A stretch of DNA of 64,000 nt, from NCBI GenBank assembly GCA_963741945.1, contig CAVUKA010000001.1:1348695-1412694 (forward strand), in the 5' to 3' direction. A program made the translations under genes and the position numbers. Below are positions 10,071-20,906 of this stretch, piece after piece. The notes under the pieces were generated by a model. It was given only the letters and a program-made list of their open reading frames with translations, did not search any database and had not been told where the DNA came from. Positions within the stretch are counted from its first letter, which is position 1, and each line of letters starts with the position of its first letter. Origin of the DNA: an uncultured Gemmatimonadales bacterium (lineage in GTDB: Bacteria > Gemmatimonadota > Gemmatimonadetes > Longimicrobiales > RSA9).

Positions 10071-11453
10071 TCAGATCCCGCGCAGCTGCACGGCCGTCGC
10101 CACGCGCCCGATGGCGACCACGAACGCGGCCGTCCGCATGGAGACATCGTGCTCCCGCGCGGCTCCACGGACTTCGTCCCACGCCCGCGCCATCCCGGCC
10201 GTCAGCTCGTTGTCCACTCTCTCGGCCGACCACCGGAACTGCTGGAGGTTCTGCACCCACTCGAAGTACGACGCCGTCACGCCACCGGCGTTGGCCAGGA
10301 TGTCCGGCACCACCCGGATCCCGCGCTCTTCCAGGATGGCGTCGGCCGCGGGCGTGGTGGGCGCGTTCGCGCCTTCGACCACCAGCTTCGCCCGCACGTT
10401 GCGGGCGTTCCAGCGCGTGATCACGTTCCCCAGCGCGGCGGGGACCAGCACGTCCACGTCCAGCTCGAGCAGCTCGGCATTGCTCACCTGCTCTGCGCCA
10501 TCGCCGTACGCCACCACGCTCTCCCCCGCATCGACCATCTCCCGCAGCCTCGCCACGTCCAGACCGTCGCCGCGGAACACGCCCCCGCTCACATCACTCA
10601 CCGCCACCACCCGCGCCCCGAGCTCGGAGAGGAAATGCGCGCTCCAGCTGCCGACGTTCCCGAATCCCTGCACGGCCACGCGGGCGCCCTCCAGCGGGAA
10701 GCCCTCGTCCTCCGCCGCGCGGGCGGCGATCACCGACACGCCCCGCCCCGTGGCGGAGATGCGACCGGGGGAGCCGCCCACTTCCAGCGGCTTTCCGGTG
10801 ACCACGGCCGGCGTGAAGCCGCGGAACTTCGAGTATTCGTCCACGATCCACGCCATGACCTGCGGATTCGTGTTCACATCGGGTGCTGGGATGTCCTCGT
10901 TCGGACCGATGAACTGGTGGATCCGGTCCACGAACGTGCGGGTGATCCGCTCCACGTCCGCGCGGGAGAAGTCACCGGGATCGATGTCCACGCCCCCCTT
11001 CGCGCCGCCATACGGGATGTCCATCACCGCCGTCTTCCACGTCATGAGCGACGCCAGCGCACGCGCTTCGTCCAGGTCGACGTCCGGGTGGTAGCGCAGC
11101 CCGCCCTTCATCGGACCCCGGGCGTTGTTGTGCTGCACCCGGTAGCCGTGGAACGTGCGGATGTCACCATCGTCGCTCACCAGCGGGATCTCCACCATGA
11201 CTTCACGATACGGCGTCTTCAGCGCCACCTGCAGGTGCTCCGACACACCCAGGAGCCGAGCCGCGCAGTCGAACTGGAAGTTCACCGCATCGAACGGCGT
11301 CATCTCGTCCGCCGGCGGGTGCGCCTCCGCCCGGGCCGGCGACTCCGCCGTGCGCAGCGTCTTCCGCTCCGCACCCCGATGCCCGCTCGGCCCCGCACCA
11401 TCGCCGGTCCCCGCATCGCCACTCGTGGCCCTGCCCGTCGCTTGCTCCGCCAT
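10071..11453 (-). CDS. gdhA: Glu/Leu/Phe/Val dehydrogenase (glutamate dehydrogenase)
   Basis: Motifs RGPMKGGLRYHP, GGAKGG, DIPAPDV, VQGFGNVG, EGANAP, NAGGV. Confidence 0.93.
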   Translation of the reverse strand: MAEQATGRATSGDAGTGDGAGPSGHRGAERKTLRTAESPARAEAHPPADEMTPFDAVNFQFDCAARLLGVSEHLQVALKTPYREVMVEIPLVSDDGDIRTFHGYRVQHNNARGPMKGGLRYHPDVDLDEARALASLMTWKTAVMDIPYGGAKGGVDIDPGDFSRADVERITRTFVDRIHQFIGPNEDIPAPDVNTNPQVMAWIVDEYSKFRGFTPAVVTGKPLEVGGSPGRISATGRGVSVIAARAAEDEGFPLEGARVAVQGFGNVGSWSAHFLSELGARVVAVSDVSGGVFRGDGLDVARLREMVDAGESVVAYGDGAEQVSNAELLELDVDVLVPAALGNVITRWNARNVRAKLVVEGANAPTTPAADAILEERGIRVVPDILANAGGVTASYFEWVQNLQQFRWSAERVDNELTAGMARAWDEVRGAAREHDVSMRTAAFVVAIGRVATAVQLRGI

Positions 11454-12055
11454 CACCCCGCCTCCAGATCCTCTTCGATCGTGGCGAGCGTGGCCGTGCG
11501 CGCCCCCGCTCGCATCATCTCGTCCAGCGCCCTGGCCTCGTCCCCGGGCTCCACGTCGATCCCCTGGATCGCGTCCAGCAGGACCACGGGCTCGATGCCC
11601 CGCTCGATGGCGTCCAGCACTGTCGCGCGGACGCAATAGTCCGTGGCCAGACCCGCCACATACAGGCGACGCACCCCCCGAGCTTTCAGCGCCTCCGACA
11701 GCCCGCGCCCGTCCTCTGACGTCGCCTCGAACGCCGAGTAGCCGTCGTCGCGCGGATTGGTCCCCTTCGACATCACCACCGTCCCCTCCGGCAGCCGGAG
11801 ATCCGGGTGGAACGCGGCGCCCGGCGTCCCCGCCACGCAGTGGGCCGGCCACGGGCCGCCCATCGCCCGGAAATGCCGCGTCTCTTCCGGATGCCAGTCC
11901 CGGGACGCGAACACCGGGAGACGCCGCCGGTTGAAGCGCTCCGCGTACTCGTTCACCACGGCCACCACGCGGTCTCCGGCGGGCACCCCGAGGGCGCCGT
12001 CAGGGCAGAAATCGTTCTGCACGTCCACGATCAGCAATGCGTCGGTCGAAGGCAT
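11453..12055 (-). CDS. pncA: Nicotinamidase/pyrazinamidase
   Basis: Motifs VDVQNDFC, RDWHP, WPAHCV, SKG...YSAF, GLATDYCV. Confidence 0.93.
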   Translation of the reverse strand: MPSTDALLIVDVQNDFCPDGALGVPAGDRVVAVVNEYAERFNRRRLPVFASRDWHPEETRHFRAMGGPWPAHCVAGTPGAAFHPDLRLPEGTVVMSKGTNPRDDGYSAFEATSEDGRGLSEALKARGVRRLYVAGLATDYCVRATVLDAIERGIEPVVLLDAIQGIDVEPGDEARALDEMMRAGARTATLATIEEDLEAG

Positions 12056-12246
12056 GAGCTCCCCGGCACTTGATGCACGAACCGCTCCGCCCCAACGTAG
12101 CGGGCGTGGCCACGGCGGCCAACGCACGGCCGTGTGCGGCGCCGGCCCTGCGCGCGGGCGCGTGTGCACGCCGGCGCAAACTGGCACAATAATGGCACGG
12201 CCTTGAGCGGTTCGAAGCGCCAAGGAGTCGCGACCGGGGGAGCACC

Positions 12247-12717
12247 ATGCCAGAGCGGGGTGAACAGGCGCCGGACTTCTCGCTGCGCGGGGTCGACCCG
12301 GCAGGCGAGGAGACAGGAGTCACATTGTCCGACCTGGAGGGCAGGCGGGTCGTGCTGTACTTCTATCCCAAGGATGATACTCCGGGCTGCACCACGCAGG
12401 CGTGCGGCATCCGGGACGAGTGGCCCGCGTTCGAGGGAACCGACGCTGTGGTCCTCGGCGTCAGCCCCGATGACGTGGAATCACATCGCCGCTTCTCCAG
12501 CAAGTTCGAGCTTCCATTCACGCTCCTTTCCGATACGGACCATTCGGTGGCGGAGGCGTACGGTGTATGGAAGGAGCGCTCGATATACGGCAGGAAGTCC
12601 ATGGGGATCGAACGCTCGACGTTCGTGATCGACGAGGACGGAAAGATCGCCCGCGCCTTCCGCCGTGTCCGCCCCAAGCAGCACGCCGAACAGGTGCTCG
12701 AGGTCCTCGGCGCCTGA
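12247..12717 (+). CDS. bcp: Thioredoxin-dependent thiol peroxidase (BCP)
   Basis: Motifs YFYPKDDTPGCTTQAC and ERSTFVID. Confidence 0.93.
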   Translation: MPERGEQAPDFSLRGVDPAGEETGVTLSDLEGRRVVLYFYPKDDTPGCTTQACGIRDEWPAFEGTDAVVLGVSPDDVESHRRFSSKFELPFTLLSDTDHSVAEAYGVWKERSIYGRKSMGIERSTFVIDEDGKIARAFRRVRPKQHAEQVLEVLGA

Positions 12718-12718
12718 C

Positions 12719-14851
12719 GTGGCGGACCTCGAACGCCGGACCCGGCTCCGCCTCGCCGCCCTCAATGGCGTGGCCCGCGCCCTCATGACCGCCGACACGG
12801 CCACCGGGGCGGTGGAGGACGTGCTCGCCGCCGTGGGTGGCGGGCTGGAGTGGACCGTCGCCGAGTACTGGGTTCCGGACGATGATCCGGGCTCCCTGCG
12901 CCGCGAAGCGTGCTGGAGCGACCCGCTCGCCGATGTCGCGGCGTTCGTGAACGCGGGCGAGGACCTGCCGCTGGCCCCGGGTCGGGGCCTTGCCGGTCGC
13001 GTGCTGGAGTCGGCGCGGGCGGCGTGGATCCGCGATGTGGCCGATGACCCTTACTTCGTGCGCCAGGAATCGGCCCGCGATGCCGGTCTCCACGGCGCCT
13101 TCGCCGTCCCCGTCCCCCTCGAGGGCGGGCTGAGCGCGGTACTCCAGCTCTTCACCCGCGAGCGCGCAGATGAGGATCCGGAGCTCCTCGAGACGATCGT
13201 GGCGATCGGGGCGCACCTGGGTGAGTTTCTCCTCCGCCGCCGCGCGGAGACCGCCCTTCGGCAGACCGAGCAGCGCCTCAGCTTCCAGGCCAGGCTCCTG
13301 GACGCGGTCGGTGAAGCCGTGATCGCCACCGACCTGGACGGCCGCATCCGGTACTGGAACGCCCACGCGGAGCAGCTCTTCGGCTGGAAGGCCCACGAGG
13401 TGCTCGGCCGCGACGTGGCGGACGTGACGCCCACCAGCATCGCCCGGGACCGCGGGCGCACCATCATGGAGCGGTTGCGGAAGGGGGAGAGCTGGTCGGG
13501 CGAATTCATGGTCCGCGACCGTGACGGCCAGGAGTTCCCGGTGCTGCTCACGGACTCCCCGATTTTCGGCGAGGATGGTGGTCTCATCGGCGTCGTGGGC
13601 GTCTCGACGGACATCACGGACAGGAAACGGGCGGAGGAGGGGCAGCGCTTCCTGGCCGAGGCCGGACGCGTCCTGGCCAGCTCCCTCGATTTCGGCACCA
13701 CCCTCCGCACCGTCGCGGCTCTCGCCGTCCCCACACTCGGCGACTGGTGCATCGTCCAGGTCCCGGCCGACAGCGCCGGGGACGACACCGTGGCCCGGGC
13801 CGTGCCCCACGACCAGATCGACGCCGCCCAGCTGTTCGAGGCCGCCGCCGCGGCCGAAAGCGGTCTGCTGGACACCGTGCTCCGCAACCCCGTCCCCTTC
13901 ACAGGCCCCTCGCCCGAGGGCCCCTCGCTCCTGCGCGCCGACCGGCTCGCGCGATTCGGCATCCGCGCCCTCCTGGCCGTGCCGCTCCTCGGCCGGGAAC
14001 AGGCGATCGGGATGGTCACGTTCGCCGTCACCGGCTCCGAGCGTGATTACGACCAGGCGGACGCCGGGCTCGCGGAAGAGCTGGCCCGGCGGGCCGCGCT
14101 GGCCATCGAGAACGCACGGCTGTACCGTCGGGCCGAGGAGGGGAACCGGGCGAAAGCCGATTTCCTGGCCGTGGTGTCTCATGAGCTACGGACGCCACTC
14201 AATGCCATCGCCGGGTACGCCGACCTCCTGGTCAGCGGCGTCGGTGGAGACCTGGATGAAGTGCATGCCCGCCAGGTCGACCGGATCAAGGTCGGGGCGC
14301 GACACCTCGCCCACATCATCGACGAGATCCTGGCCTTCGCCCGCGTCGAAGCCGGGCGCACGGTAGTGGCGGTCGAGCGGACTGATGTTGGGGAGGTCGT
14401 GGAGGAAGCCGCGGTCGTGGTGGAGCCGGACGCGCGGGAGAAGGGGCTGGCGTTCAGCGTGGAGGTGCCCGATGAGCCGCTGCTCGCGGTGACGGACCCC
14501 GGAAAGGTCCGCCAGATCATGGTGAACCTGCTGAGCAACGCCATCAAGTACACGCGTCAGGGCGGAGTCGCCGTCGCAGCGCGGGCCCGCGACGGCGGCG
14601 TCGAGCTGCAGGTACGGGATACCGGCATTGGCATTGCCCCCGAGAACACGGCGCGCATATTCGAGCCTTTCTGGCAGGCGGAGGCCCCGAACACCCGAAC
14701 GATCGGCGGCACCGGCCTGGGTTTGAGCGTGAACCAGCGATTGCTGAACCTGCTGGGGGGAACCATCGACGTCGAGAGCGAGCAGGGCGTGGGCAGCACG
14801 TTCACGGTGTGGATTCCCGCCGCCCGGTCACCGGTCGACCATGACGGATGA
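12719..14851 (+). CDS. GAF-PAS-GAF sensor histidine kinase
   Basis: H-box SHELRTPL; NLLSNAIKY, DTGIG, GGTGLGL; PAS/GAF-like segments. Confidence 0.92.
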   Translation: MADLERRTRLRLAALNGVARALMTADTATGAVEDVLAAVGGGLEWTVAEYWVPDDDPGSLRREACWSDPLADVAAFVNAGEDLPLAPGRGLAGRVLESARAAWIRDVADDPYFVRQESARDAGLHGAFAVPVPLEGGLSAVLQLFTRERADEDPELLETIVAIGAHLGEFLLRRRAETALRQTEQRLSFQARLLDAVGEAVIATDLDGRIRYWNAHAEQLFGWKAHEVLGRDVADVTPTSIARDRGRTIMERLRKGESWSGEFMVRDRDGQEFPVLLTDSPIFGEDGGLIGVVGVSTDITDRKRAEEGQRFLAEAGRVLASSLDFGTTLRTVAALAVPTLGDWCIVQVPADSAGDDTVARAVPHDQIDAAQLFEAAAAAESGLLDTVLRNPVPFTGPSPEGPSLLRADRLARFGIRALLAVPLLGREQAIGMVTFAVTGSERDYDQADAGLAEELARRAALAIENARLYRRAEEGNRAKADFLAVVSHELRTPLNAIAGYADLLVSGVGGDLDEVHARQVDRIKVGARHLAHIIDEILAFARVEAGRTVVAVERTDVGEVVEEAAVVVEPDAREKGLAFSVEVPDEPLLAVTDPGKVRQIMVNLLSNAIKYTRQGGVAVAARARDGGVELQVRDTGIGIAPENTARIFEPFWQAEAPNTRTIGGTGLGLSVNQRLLNLLGGTIDVESEQGVGSTFTVWIPAARSPVDHDG

Positions 14852-17534
14852 GCGGCCAGGCCGGATGCCACCGATCCGGCCCCATGCGAAGCAGCCGGAC
14901 GGGTATTTCCGCCTCCTGGTGGAGAGCGTCCGGGACTACGCCATCTTCCTGCTCGATCCCGACGGGCACATTGCCAGCTGGAACCCGGGCGCCGAGCGGC
15001 TGAAGGGATACACGGCCGAGCAGATCATCGGGCAGCACTACCGCATCTTCTATCCCGAGCAGGAGCGCGCGGCCCGGACGCCGGAGCGGCAGCTCGAAAC
15101 GGCGGTCAGAGAAGGGCGCATCGAGCGCCGCGGCTGGCGCCTGCGCCAGGATGGCACCCGCTTCTGGGCCCAGGTGGTCATCACGGCACTCTTCCAGGGT
15201 GACAGCCTCGTGGGCTTCGCCAAGGTCACCGAGGATCTCACCGACCTGCGCAAACTTCTCGAAGAGCTCCGCGCGCGTGAAAAGCAGCTGGCGGAGGCGC
15301 AGAAGATCGCCCATGTCGGCAGTTGGGAGTGGGTCCCGGAGACCGATCGGCTCCGCTGGTCCCGCGAGCTGTCCCGGATCTACGGCATCGAGCCGGACCA
15401 GGCGCTGGATCTGGCCGGGTACCTCGATCTCATCCACCCGGACGATCGCGACGCGATGCGGGCCGCCGTGGCGCGCTCGATGGAGACGGGAGCGCCGCTC
15501 GTCCACGAGCACCGCGTGGTCACGCCCGCGGGTGAGGAACGCTGGGTCCAGGGCCGGGGCGAGGTCGTCCGCGACGAGCGGGGCCAGGTCATCGGCATGC
15601 GCGGCACCGCCATAGACATCACAGAGCTCAAGCAGGCGGAGCAGAAGAGCCGCCGTCTCGTGGCCGAGCAGCTGGCGCGCGCGGAGGCGGAGCGCACTGC
15701 GCAGCGCATGGGACTGCTGGCCGAGGCCAGCGCCCTCGTGGGCGCGTCGCTCCAGTTCGAAGAGACGCTCAGCACCGTGGCCTGGCTCGCCGTCCCTTCC
15801 TTCGCCGACTGGTGCGCGGTCGACATGGTCGACGCCTCGGGGCGCCTGCACCGCCTCGCGGCGGCCCACATCGACCCGGAGCGCGTGGCCATCGCCCGCG
15901 AGATCCACGAGCGCTACCCGCCGGATCCCGCCGCCGACCGTGGGGTCTACGCCGTGCTTCGCACCGGGGAGCCGGAGCTGCTGGAGGAGATCCCGCCGGA
16001 GATGCTGGCCGACCTCGCCCGCGACGAGGAGCACCGCCGCCGCCTGGACGAGCTCGGGCTCCACTCCTCCATCATGGTCCCGATCCGGGTCGCCGATCGG
16101 TCGCTCGGTGTGATCACGTTCATCAATGCAGAGTCGGAGCGACGGTACAGCAGGGAGGACCTCATCGTGGCCGAGGAGCTGGCCGGCCGCGCGGCCCTGG
16201 CCATCGAGAACGCGCAGCTCCACGCGGCAGAGCGGGAGGCCAGGCAGCGGGCGGAGCAGGCCACCACCCGGATCGCCCGGCTCCAGTCCATCACGGCCGA
16301 GCTGTCCGAGGCGGTCACACCCGAAGCCGTGGCATCGGTCATCGTGGACGCGGGCGTGGCGGCGCTCGGTGCCAACAGCGGCTCGCTCATCCTCGCCACG
16401 AAGGACGACCCGTCCGCATTCCGGATCGTCCGCTCCATCGGCGTGCCGAGTCACGTGGTCGAGCGCTACCGCGTCTTCCCGCCCGACGCCCCCGTCCCCC
16501 TGGCTTCGGCCGTGCGCCTTGGCGAGCTCGTGCTCGTGCGCAACCCGCGCGAACTGGCGGAGCGCTTCCCGCAGCTCGTTGAAATCCGGGGGGAGCAGGC
16601 GATCGGCGCGCTCGCGGCCGTGCCGCTCCGCTCGGGGGAGCGCGTCCTCGGCGGCCTGGGATTCACCTACCCCGAGGCCCGCGACTTCGTCGCCGAGGAC
16701 CGGGACTTCCTGATGGCCATCGGCCGCCAGTGCGTGCAGGCGCTGGAACGCGCGCGGCTCTACGAGACGGAGCACGCGGCGAGGCGGGCGGCGGAGGCGG
16801 CGAGCGAGGCCAAGAGCCAGTTCGTGGCCATGATGAGCCATGAGCTACGCACCCCGCTGGCCGCCATCATCGGCTATCAGGAGCTGCTCTCGGAGGAGAT
16901 CGTCGGTCCGATCAACGACAGGCAGAAGGACCAGCTGTCGCGCATCCGGGCTTCCGCCTCGCACCTGCGCGACCTGATCAATCAGATCCTGAGCCTGTCA
17001 CGGATCGAGGCGGGCAGGGAGCAGGTCTTCCCGGAGACCATCGACCTCGCCGAGCTTGCGCGGGACGTGGCCATCCTCATGGAGCGCGAAGTGGAATCCA
17101 AGGGGCTGAGCTTCCGGGTCGAGATCCCCGAAGAGGAGACGGATGCCGAAACCGACGCGGGGAAAGTACGCCAGATCCTGCTGAACCTGCTGTCCAACGC
17201 CATCAAGTTCACGGATTCCGGCGAGATCGGGATCCGCTTCTCCGCCACGGACGCGGAGGCCCGGATCGAGGTGTGGGACACCGGGATCGGGATCCCGGCC
17301 GACGACCAGGACCGGGTGTTCGAAGCGTTCACGCAGGTCGACCAGTCCATGACGCGACGCGCCGGCGGCACCGGCCTCGGCCTCCCCGTGAGTCGGCACC
17401 TTGCCCATCTCCTGGGCGGTGGACTCGCGCTCGACAGTGCCCCCGATCGGGGCAGCACGTTCGTCCTCACCCTCCCCCTGGTGCTCCCGGACACACCTCC
17501 CCGGGAAGCCGCAGCGCCGCCCGACGCCGCATGA
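14841..17534 (+). CDS. PAS-PAS-GAF-GAF sensor histidine kinase
   Basis: Motifs DYAIFLLDPDG..SWN, SHELRTPL, NLLSNAIKF, GGTGLGL. Confidence 0.93.
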   Translation: MTDERPGRMPPIRPHAKQPDGYFRLLVESVRDYAIFLLDPDGHIASWNPGAERLKGYTAEQIIGQHYRIFYPEQERAARTPERQLETAVREGRIERRGWRLRQDGTRFWAQVVITALFQGDSLVGFAKVTEDLTDLRKLLEELRAREKQLAEAQKIAHVGSWEWVPETDRLRWSRELSRIYGIEPDQALDLAGYLDLIHPDDRDAMRAAVARSMETGAPLVHEHRVVTPAGEERWVQGRGEVVRDERGQVIGMRGTAIDITELKQAEQKSRRLVAEQLARAEAERTAQRMGLLAEASALVGASLQFEETLSTVAWLAVPSFADWCAVDMVDASGRLHRLAAAHIDPERVAIAREIHERYPPDPAADRGVYAVLRTGEPELLEEIPPEMLADLARDEEHRRRLDELGLHSSIMVPIRVADRSLGVITFINAESERRYSREDLIVAEELAGRAALAIENAQLHAAEREARQRAEQATTRIARLQSITAELSEAVTPEAVASVIVDAGVAALGANSGSLILATKDDPSAFRIVRSIGVPSHVVERYRVFPPDAPVPLASAVRLGELVLVRNPRELAERFPQLVEIRGEQAIGALAAVPLRSGERVLGGLGFTYPEARDFVAEDRDFLMAIGRQCVQALERARLYETEHAARRAAEAASEAKSQFVAMMSHELRTPLAAIIGYQELLSEEIVGPINDRQKDQLSRIRASASHLRDLINQILSLSRIEAGREQVFPETIDLAELARDVAILMEREVESKGLSFRVEIPEEETDAETDAGKVRQILLNLLSNAIKFTDSGEIGIRFSATDAEARIEVWDTGIGIPADDQDRVFEAFTQVDQSMTRRAGGTGLGLPVSRHLAHLLGGGLALDSAPDRGSTFVLTLPLVLPDTPPREAAAPPDAA

Positions 17535-17561
17535 CGGAAGCGGCCCGACGGGCCGCTTCCG
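17535..17561. terminator. Perfect hairpin between convergent genes
   Basis: CGGAAGCGGCCCG-A-CGGGCCGCTTCCG immediately after the kinase stop codon. Confidence 0.55.
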
Positions 17562-17564
17562 GCG

Positions 17565-17888
17565 TTACTCCACCGCCTCGGTCCGCACGGCCGTGCCGTA
17601 GCACATGATCTCGGCCGCGCCCTTCATGATCTCCGATGTCTGGAAGCGGGCGCAGATCACCGCATCCGCGCCCAGGGAGTCCGCTTCCTCGATCATCCGG
17701 TCGATGGCCTGCTCCCGGGACTCGGCCAGCATTTTCGTGTACTCCCGGATCTCGCCACCGGCCAGGTTCCGGAACATGGCCATGATGTCCCTGCCGACGA
17801 ACCGCGCCCGTATCGTGTTCCCGCGTACGAGCCCCAGCGTCTCCACTACTCTTCTTCCCACGATCTCGGACGTCGTAGTGACGATCAT
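17565..17888 (-). CDS. YbjQ/UPF0145 family protein
   Basis: MIVTTT..I.G, GGEIREYTKML..SRE.A..RM, A..LGADAVI, YGTAV. Confidence 0.9.
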   Translation of the reverse strand: MIVTTTSEIVGRRVVETLGLVRGNTIRARFVGRDIMAMFRNLAGGEIREYTKMLAESREQAIDRMIEEADSLGADAVICARFQTSEIMKGAAEIMCYGTAVRTEAVE

Positions 17889-18298
17889 CGCTGCACTTCC
17901 CGGTATGGGTCCGTCTTCAGATCCCGGACTCGGTCGATCACGGCGCTGAGGGCGAGCATGAGGAGGCCCACGACGATCGCGCTCGTGGCCAGCTTCTGCC
18001 ACAACGCCTCACTGCCCGTGAGGAACTGGAAGACCGCGTACGCCAGCCACACCACCGTGCCGGCCGTGAACAGGATCCAGCCCACGGGCTGCGTGAGCTT
18101 GCGGTTCACCGCGTTCCAGACCGTCCCGTGCGCATCCATATCCGCTCCAAGCTCCGCCAGGTCAGACTTCATGCGGTTGTACAGCACGTACTCGCGCTTC
18201 AGCTCCGTGCTGGATTCGAGCGCTTCTTCCACGGCGCGCATCCGCTCCGGCGGGAGCTCGCCATCCAGGTAGCGCATCAGCTCGTCGTGTGTGATCAC
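17885..18298 (-). CDS. Membrane anti-sigma factor
   Basis: LMRYLDGEL N-terminal domain plus two TM helices; overlaps the ECF sigma stop. Confidence 0.8.
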   Translation of the reverse strand: MITHDELMRYLDGELPPERMRAVEEALESSTELKREYVLYNRMKSDLAELGADMDAHGTVWNAVNRKLTQPVGWILFTAGTVVWLAYAVFQFLTGSEALWQKLATSAIVVGLLMLALSAVIDRVRDLKTDPYREVQR

Positions 18299-18909
18299 GG
18301 GTACTCCACCCCGATCTCCTCCAGCGCTTCCTTCAGTGCCCCGCGCGCGTGGAAGAGACGGCTGGCCACCGTCCCCTCCGGGATGTCGAGCGCTTCGGCG
18401 ATCTCCGTGTAGCTCAGACCTTCCAGCTCCTTCAGAACAAGTACCTCCCGGTGATCCACCGAGATCCTGCTGAGCCCCCGCCAGAGCAGGTCCTTCGCTT
18501 CCGCCTGCCGCCTCGACCGCTCCGTGTCCGCCGGCGACGCCATCCGCTCGCTCATCAATGGACTGATCCGCTCCGTTCGGAACCCCGCCTTCTGCCGGCG
18601 CAGCGCGTCGCGACACTGGTTGCGCAGGATCTGGAGGAACCACGGTCGGAAGCTGCGGCCCAGCTCGAAACGGTCCAGCGCGCGGAACGCCTTGATGAAC
18701 GATTCCTGCACTGCATCGCGCGCCGCGTCCGGCTCGCCCAGAATCGCCACCGCTACCCGGTGCGCCTCCCCCTCGTATGCCCTGACCAGCGGCTCGTAGA
18801 ACTCCTTCCGCCCCGCCTGGCACTTCCGGATCAGCTCGGTCTCCGTATCCGGACGCGATAGTCGGGTACGTCCCGGCGTGCGATGCCCTTCAACGTGCCC
18901 CGCCGTCAT
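18295..18909 (-). CDS. ECF RNA polymerase sigma factor
   Basis: DAVQESFIKAF, WFLQILRNQCRD, LSYTEIAEALDIPEGTVASRLFHAR. Confidence 0.92.
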   Translation of the reverse strand: MTAGHVEGHRTPGRTRLSRPDTETELIRKCQAGRKEFYEPLVRAYEGEAHRVAVAILGEPDAARDAVQESFIKAFRALDRFELGRSFRPWFLQILRNQCRDALRRQKAGFRTERISPLMSERMASPADTERSRRQAEAKDLLWRGLSRISVDHREVLVLKELEGLSYTEIAEALDIPEGTVASRLFHARGALKEALEEIGVEYP

Positions 18910-19934
18910 CGCCGCGACACCCCCAGCCCGGGCGCCGCGTTGAACCGGATCCGGCCATCCTCCTCCATGCCGGGCCCCGTGAACGGGTCGCCCTCCAGCA
19001 GGAGCGCGCCATCCAGGTCCAGATAGTCCATGAGCGGAGCCAGCTGCACCGCCGCGGCGATGCCCAGCGTGCTCTGAAGCATGCAGCCGAGCATCACCAT
19101 GAGCCCATGGCTCCGCGCCGTGTGCACCATCCGGATCGCTTCCCGCAGCGAGCCAGCCTTCGCCAGCTTGATGTTGATCCCGTCCACCGCACCCACCAGT
19201 CCGGGGATGTCCGCGGCCGTCTCGCACGATTCGTCGGCGACGATGGGGAGTCGGGATCGACGCGCCAGCAGCCGCATCCCGTCCCGGTCCTCCGGGCGCA
19301 GCGGCTGCTCCACGAACGCCACCCCCATCTCCTCCAGCATCGGCATGCACCGCAGCGCCTCCTTCGCCGTCCACGCCGTGTTGGCGTCCACGTACAGCAC
19401 CGCGTCCGGCGCTTCTTCGCGGATGGCCCGCAGGCGAGCCTCGTCATCGGCGCCGCCCACCTTCACTTTCAGGACCGGCCGCTGCGCGGCGCGTCTCGCC
19501 TTCTCCCGCGTCTCGGCGGCGTCCGCCATCGCCAGCGTGAACGAGGACCGCGGCGCCGCCCCGGGATCCAGCCCCAGGAGCCGCCACACCGGCTCGCCGA
19601 GCCGCTTCCCCACCAGGTCGTGCAGCGCTGCCGAGATCGCCGTCCGCGCCGATGGGTTCCGCCGCACTGCGGCCACGAGCGCCGCCTCAATGGCCTCCAG
19701 CGCGAACGGGTCCGTGGCCGACTCCACGACCCGGCCGTAGCGGGGGAGGACCGCCGCCACCGTTTCGGCCGTCTCGCCGTAGAACGCGGTCGCGGCCGCC
19801 TCGCCCCAGCCCTCCACTCCGTCGGCGTCCCTCAGACGCACCCACACGTTGCGCCGGCCGTGGGGATCCGACGGCCGGGCGATGTGGAACGGCTCGCGTG
19901 TCCGCAGGTCCAGGATTTCGAACTCTAGATGCAT
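18906..19934 (-). CDS. Dipeptide epimerase (L-Ala-D/L-Glu epimerase, enolase superfamily)
   Basis: Motifs GWGEA, KVKVG, DANTAW, EQP, ADESC, NIKLAK, DLDG. Confidence 0.9.
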   Translation of the reverse strand: MHLEFEILDLRTREPFHIARPSDPHGRRNVWVRLRDADGVEGWGEAAATAFYGETAETVAAVLPRYGRVVESATDPFALEAIEAALVAAVRRNPSARTAISAALHDLVGKRLGEPVWRLLGLDPGAAPRSSFTLAMADAAETREKARRAAQRPVLKVKVGGADDEARLRAIREEAPDAVLYVDANTAWTAKEALRCMPMLEEMGVAFVEQPLRPEDRDGMRLLARRSRLPIVADESCETAADIPGLVGAVDGINIKLAKAGSLREAIRMVHTARSHGLMVMLGCMLQSTLGIAAAVQLAPLMDYLDLDGALLLEGDPFTGPGMEEDGRIRFNAAPGLGVSRR

Positions 19935-20051
19935 GTAGCAAGGATCGGGTCGCGGAGGACAGCCTGGAGAGATTAACGTCCATTCCCCGCCGCGGGCCAG
20001 CCCGACGCCCGCCCGGCGGTGGGTGGACCGCACGACCAGGAGGAAAGACGC

Positions 20052-20906
20052 ATGCGGCAGCGATGGCAGGAGCGGCAGGGAGAGGGCGCCTCCGACTACG
20101 AGCGCGTGGCGGCGGCGATCGCGTTCATAGACGAACACGCGCGCGCGCAGCCCCGGCTCGACGACGTGGCCGCGGCCGTGGGGCTGAGCCCGCACCATTT
20201 TCACCGGCTGTTCCGCCGCTGGGCCGGCACCACGCCCAAGCGCTTCCTTTCATTGATCACCCTGGAGCAGGCCAGGCGCCGCCTGGACGAGTCCCGCAGT
20301 GTCCTGGACGCCGCGTTCGCCAGCGGGCTCTCCGGGCCTGGACGGCTGCACGACCTCTTCGTCGCCGTGGACGGTGTCACCCCCGGCGAGTACCGGAGCG
20401 GCGGCGAAGGGGTCGAGATCCGATACGGTCAGGCGGACTCCCCGTTCGGCCGCGCGCTGCTCGGACGCACCACCCGCGGTCTCTGCCACCTCTCCTTCCC
20501 GGACGACGGCGAGCCCGACGCCGACGACGCCCTGCCCTCCCTCGCGACGGAATGGCCCGGCGCATCGCTCCGCCGCGACGACGCGCTGGCGGCGGAGACC
20601 GCGCGCGCTATCTTCGCCGGCGACCACACTCCGCTCCACGTCCGCGGCACCAATTTCCAGGTGCGCGTGTGGCAGGCGCTGCTCCGGATCCCGTTCGGCG
20701 CCGTCGCCAGCTACGAGGACGTCGCCCGCGGGCTCGGCCGCCCCAGCGCCACGCGCGCCGTGGCCGGGGCGATCGCACGGAATCGCGTGGCGTGGCTGAT
20801 CCCGTGCCACCGGGTCATCCGGAAAGTGGGGGAGACGGGCGGCTATCGATGGGGACCCGAGAGGAAGGCGGCGATGCTGGGGTGGGAAGCGGCGCACAGC
20901 GCGTGA
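20052..20906 (+). CDS. AraC-HTH / methylated-DNA-protein-cysteine methyltransferase (Ada-like)
   Basis: N-terminal AraC HTH; GTNFQVRVW and IPCHRV active site. Confidence 0.9.
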   Translation: MRQRWQERQGEGASDYERVAAAIAFIDEHARAQPRLDDVAAAVGLSPHHFHRLFRRWAGTTPKRFLSLITLEQARRRLDESRSVLDAAFASGLSGPGRLHDLFVAVDGVTPGEYRSGGEGVEIRYGQADSPFGRALLGRTTRGLCHLSFPDDGEPDADDALPSLATEWPGASLRRDDALAAETARAIFAGDHTPLHVRGTNFQVRVWQALLRIPFGAVASYEDVARGLGRPSATRAVAGAIARNRVAWLIPCHRVIRKVGETGGYRWGPERKAAMLGWEAAHSA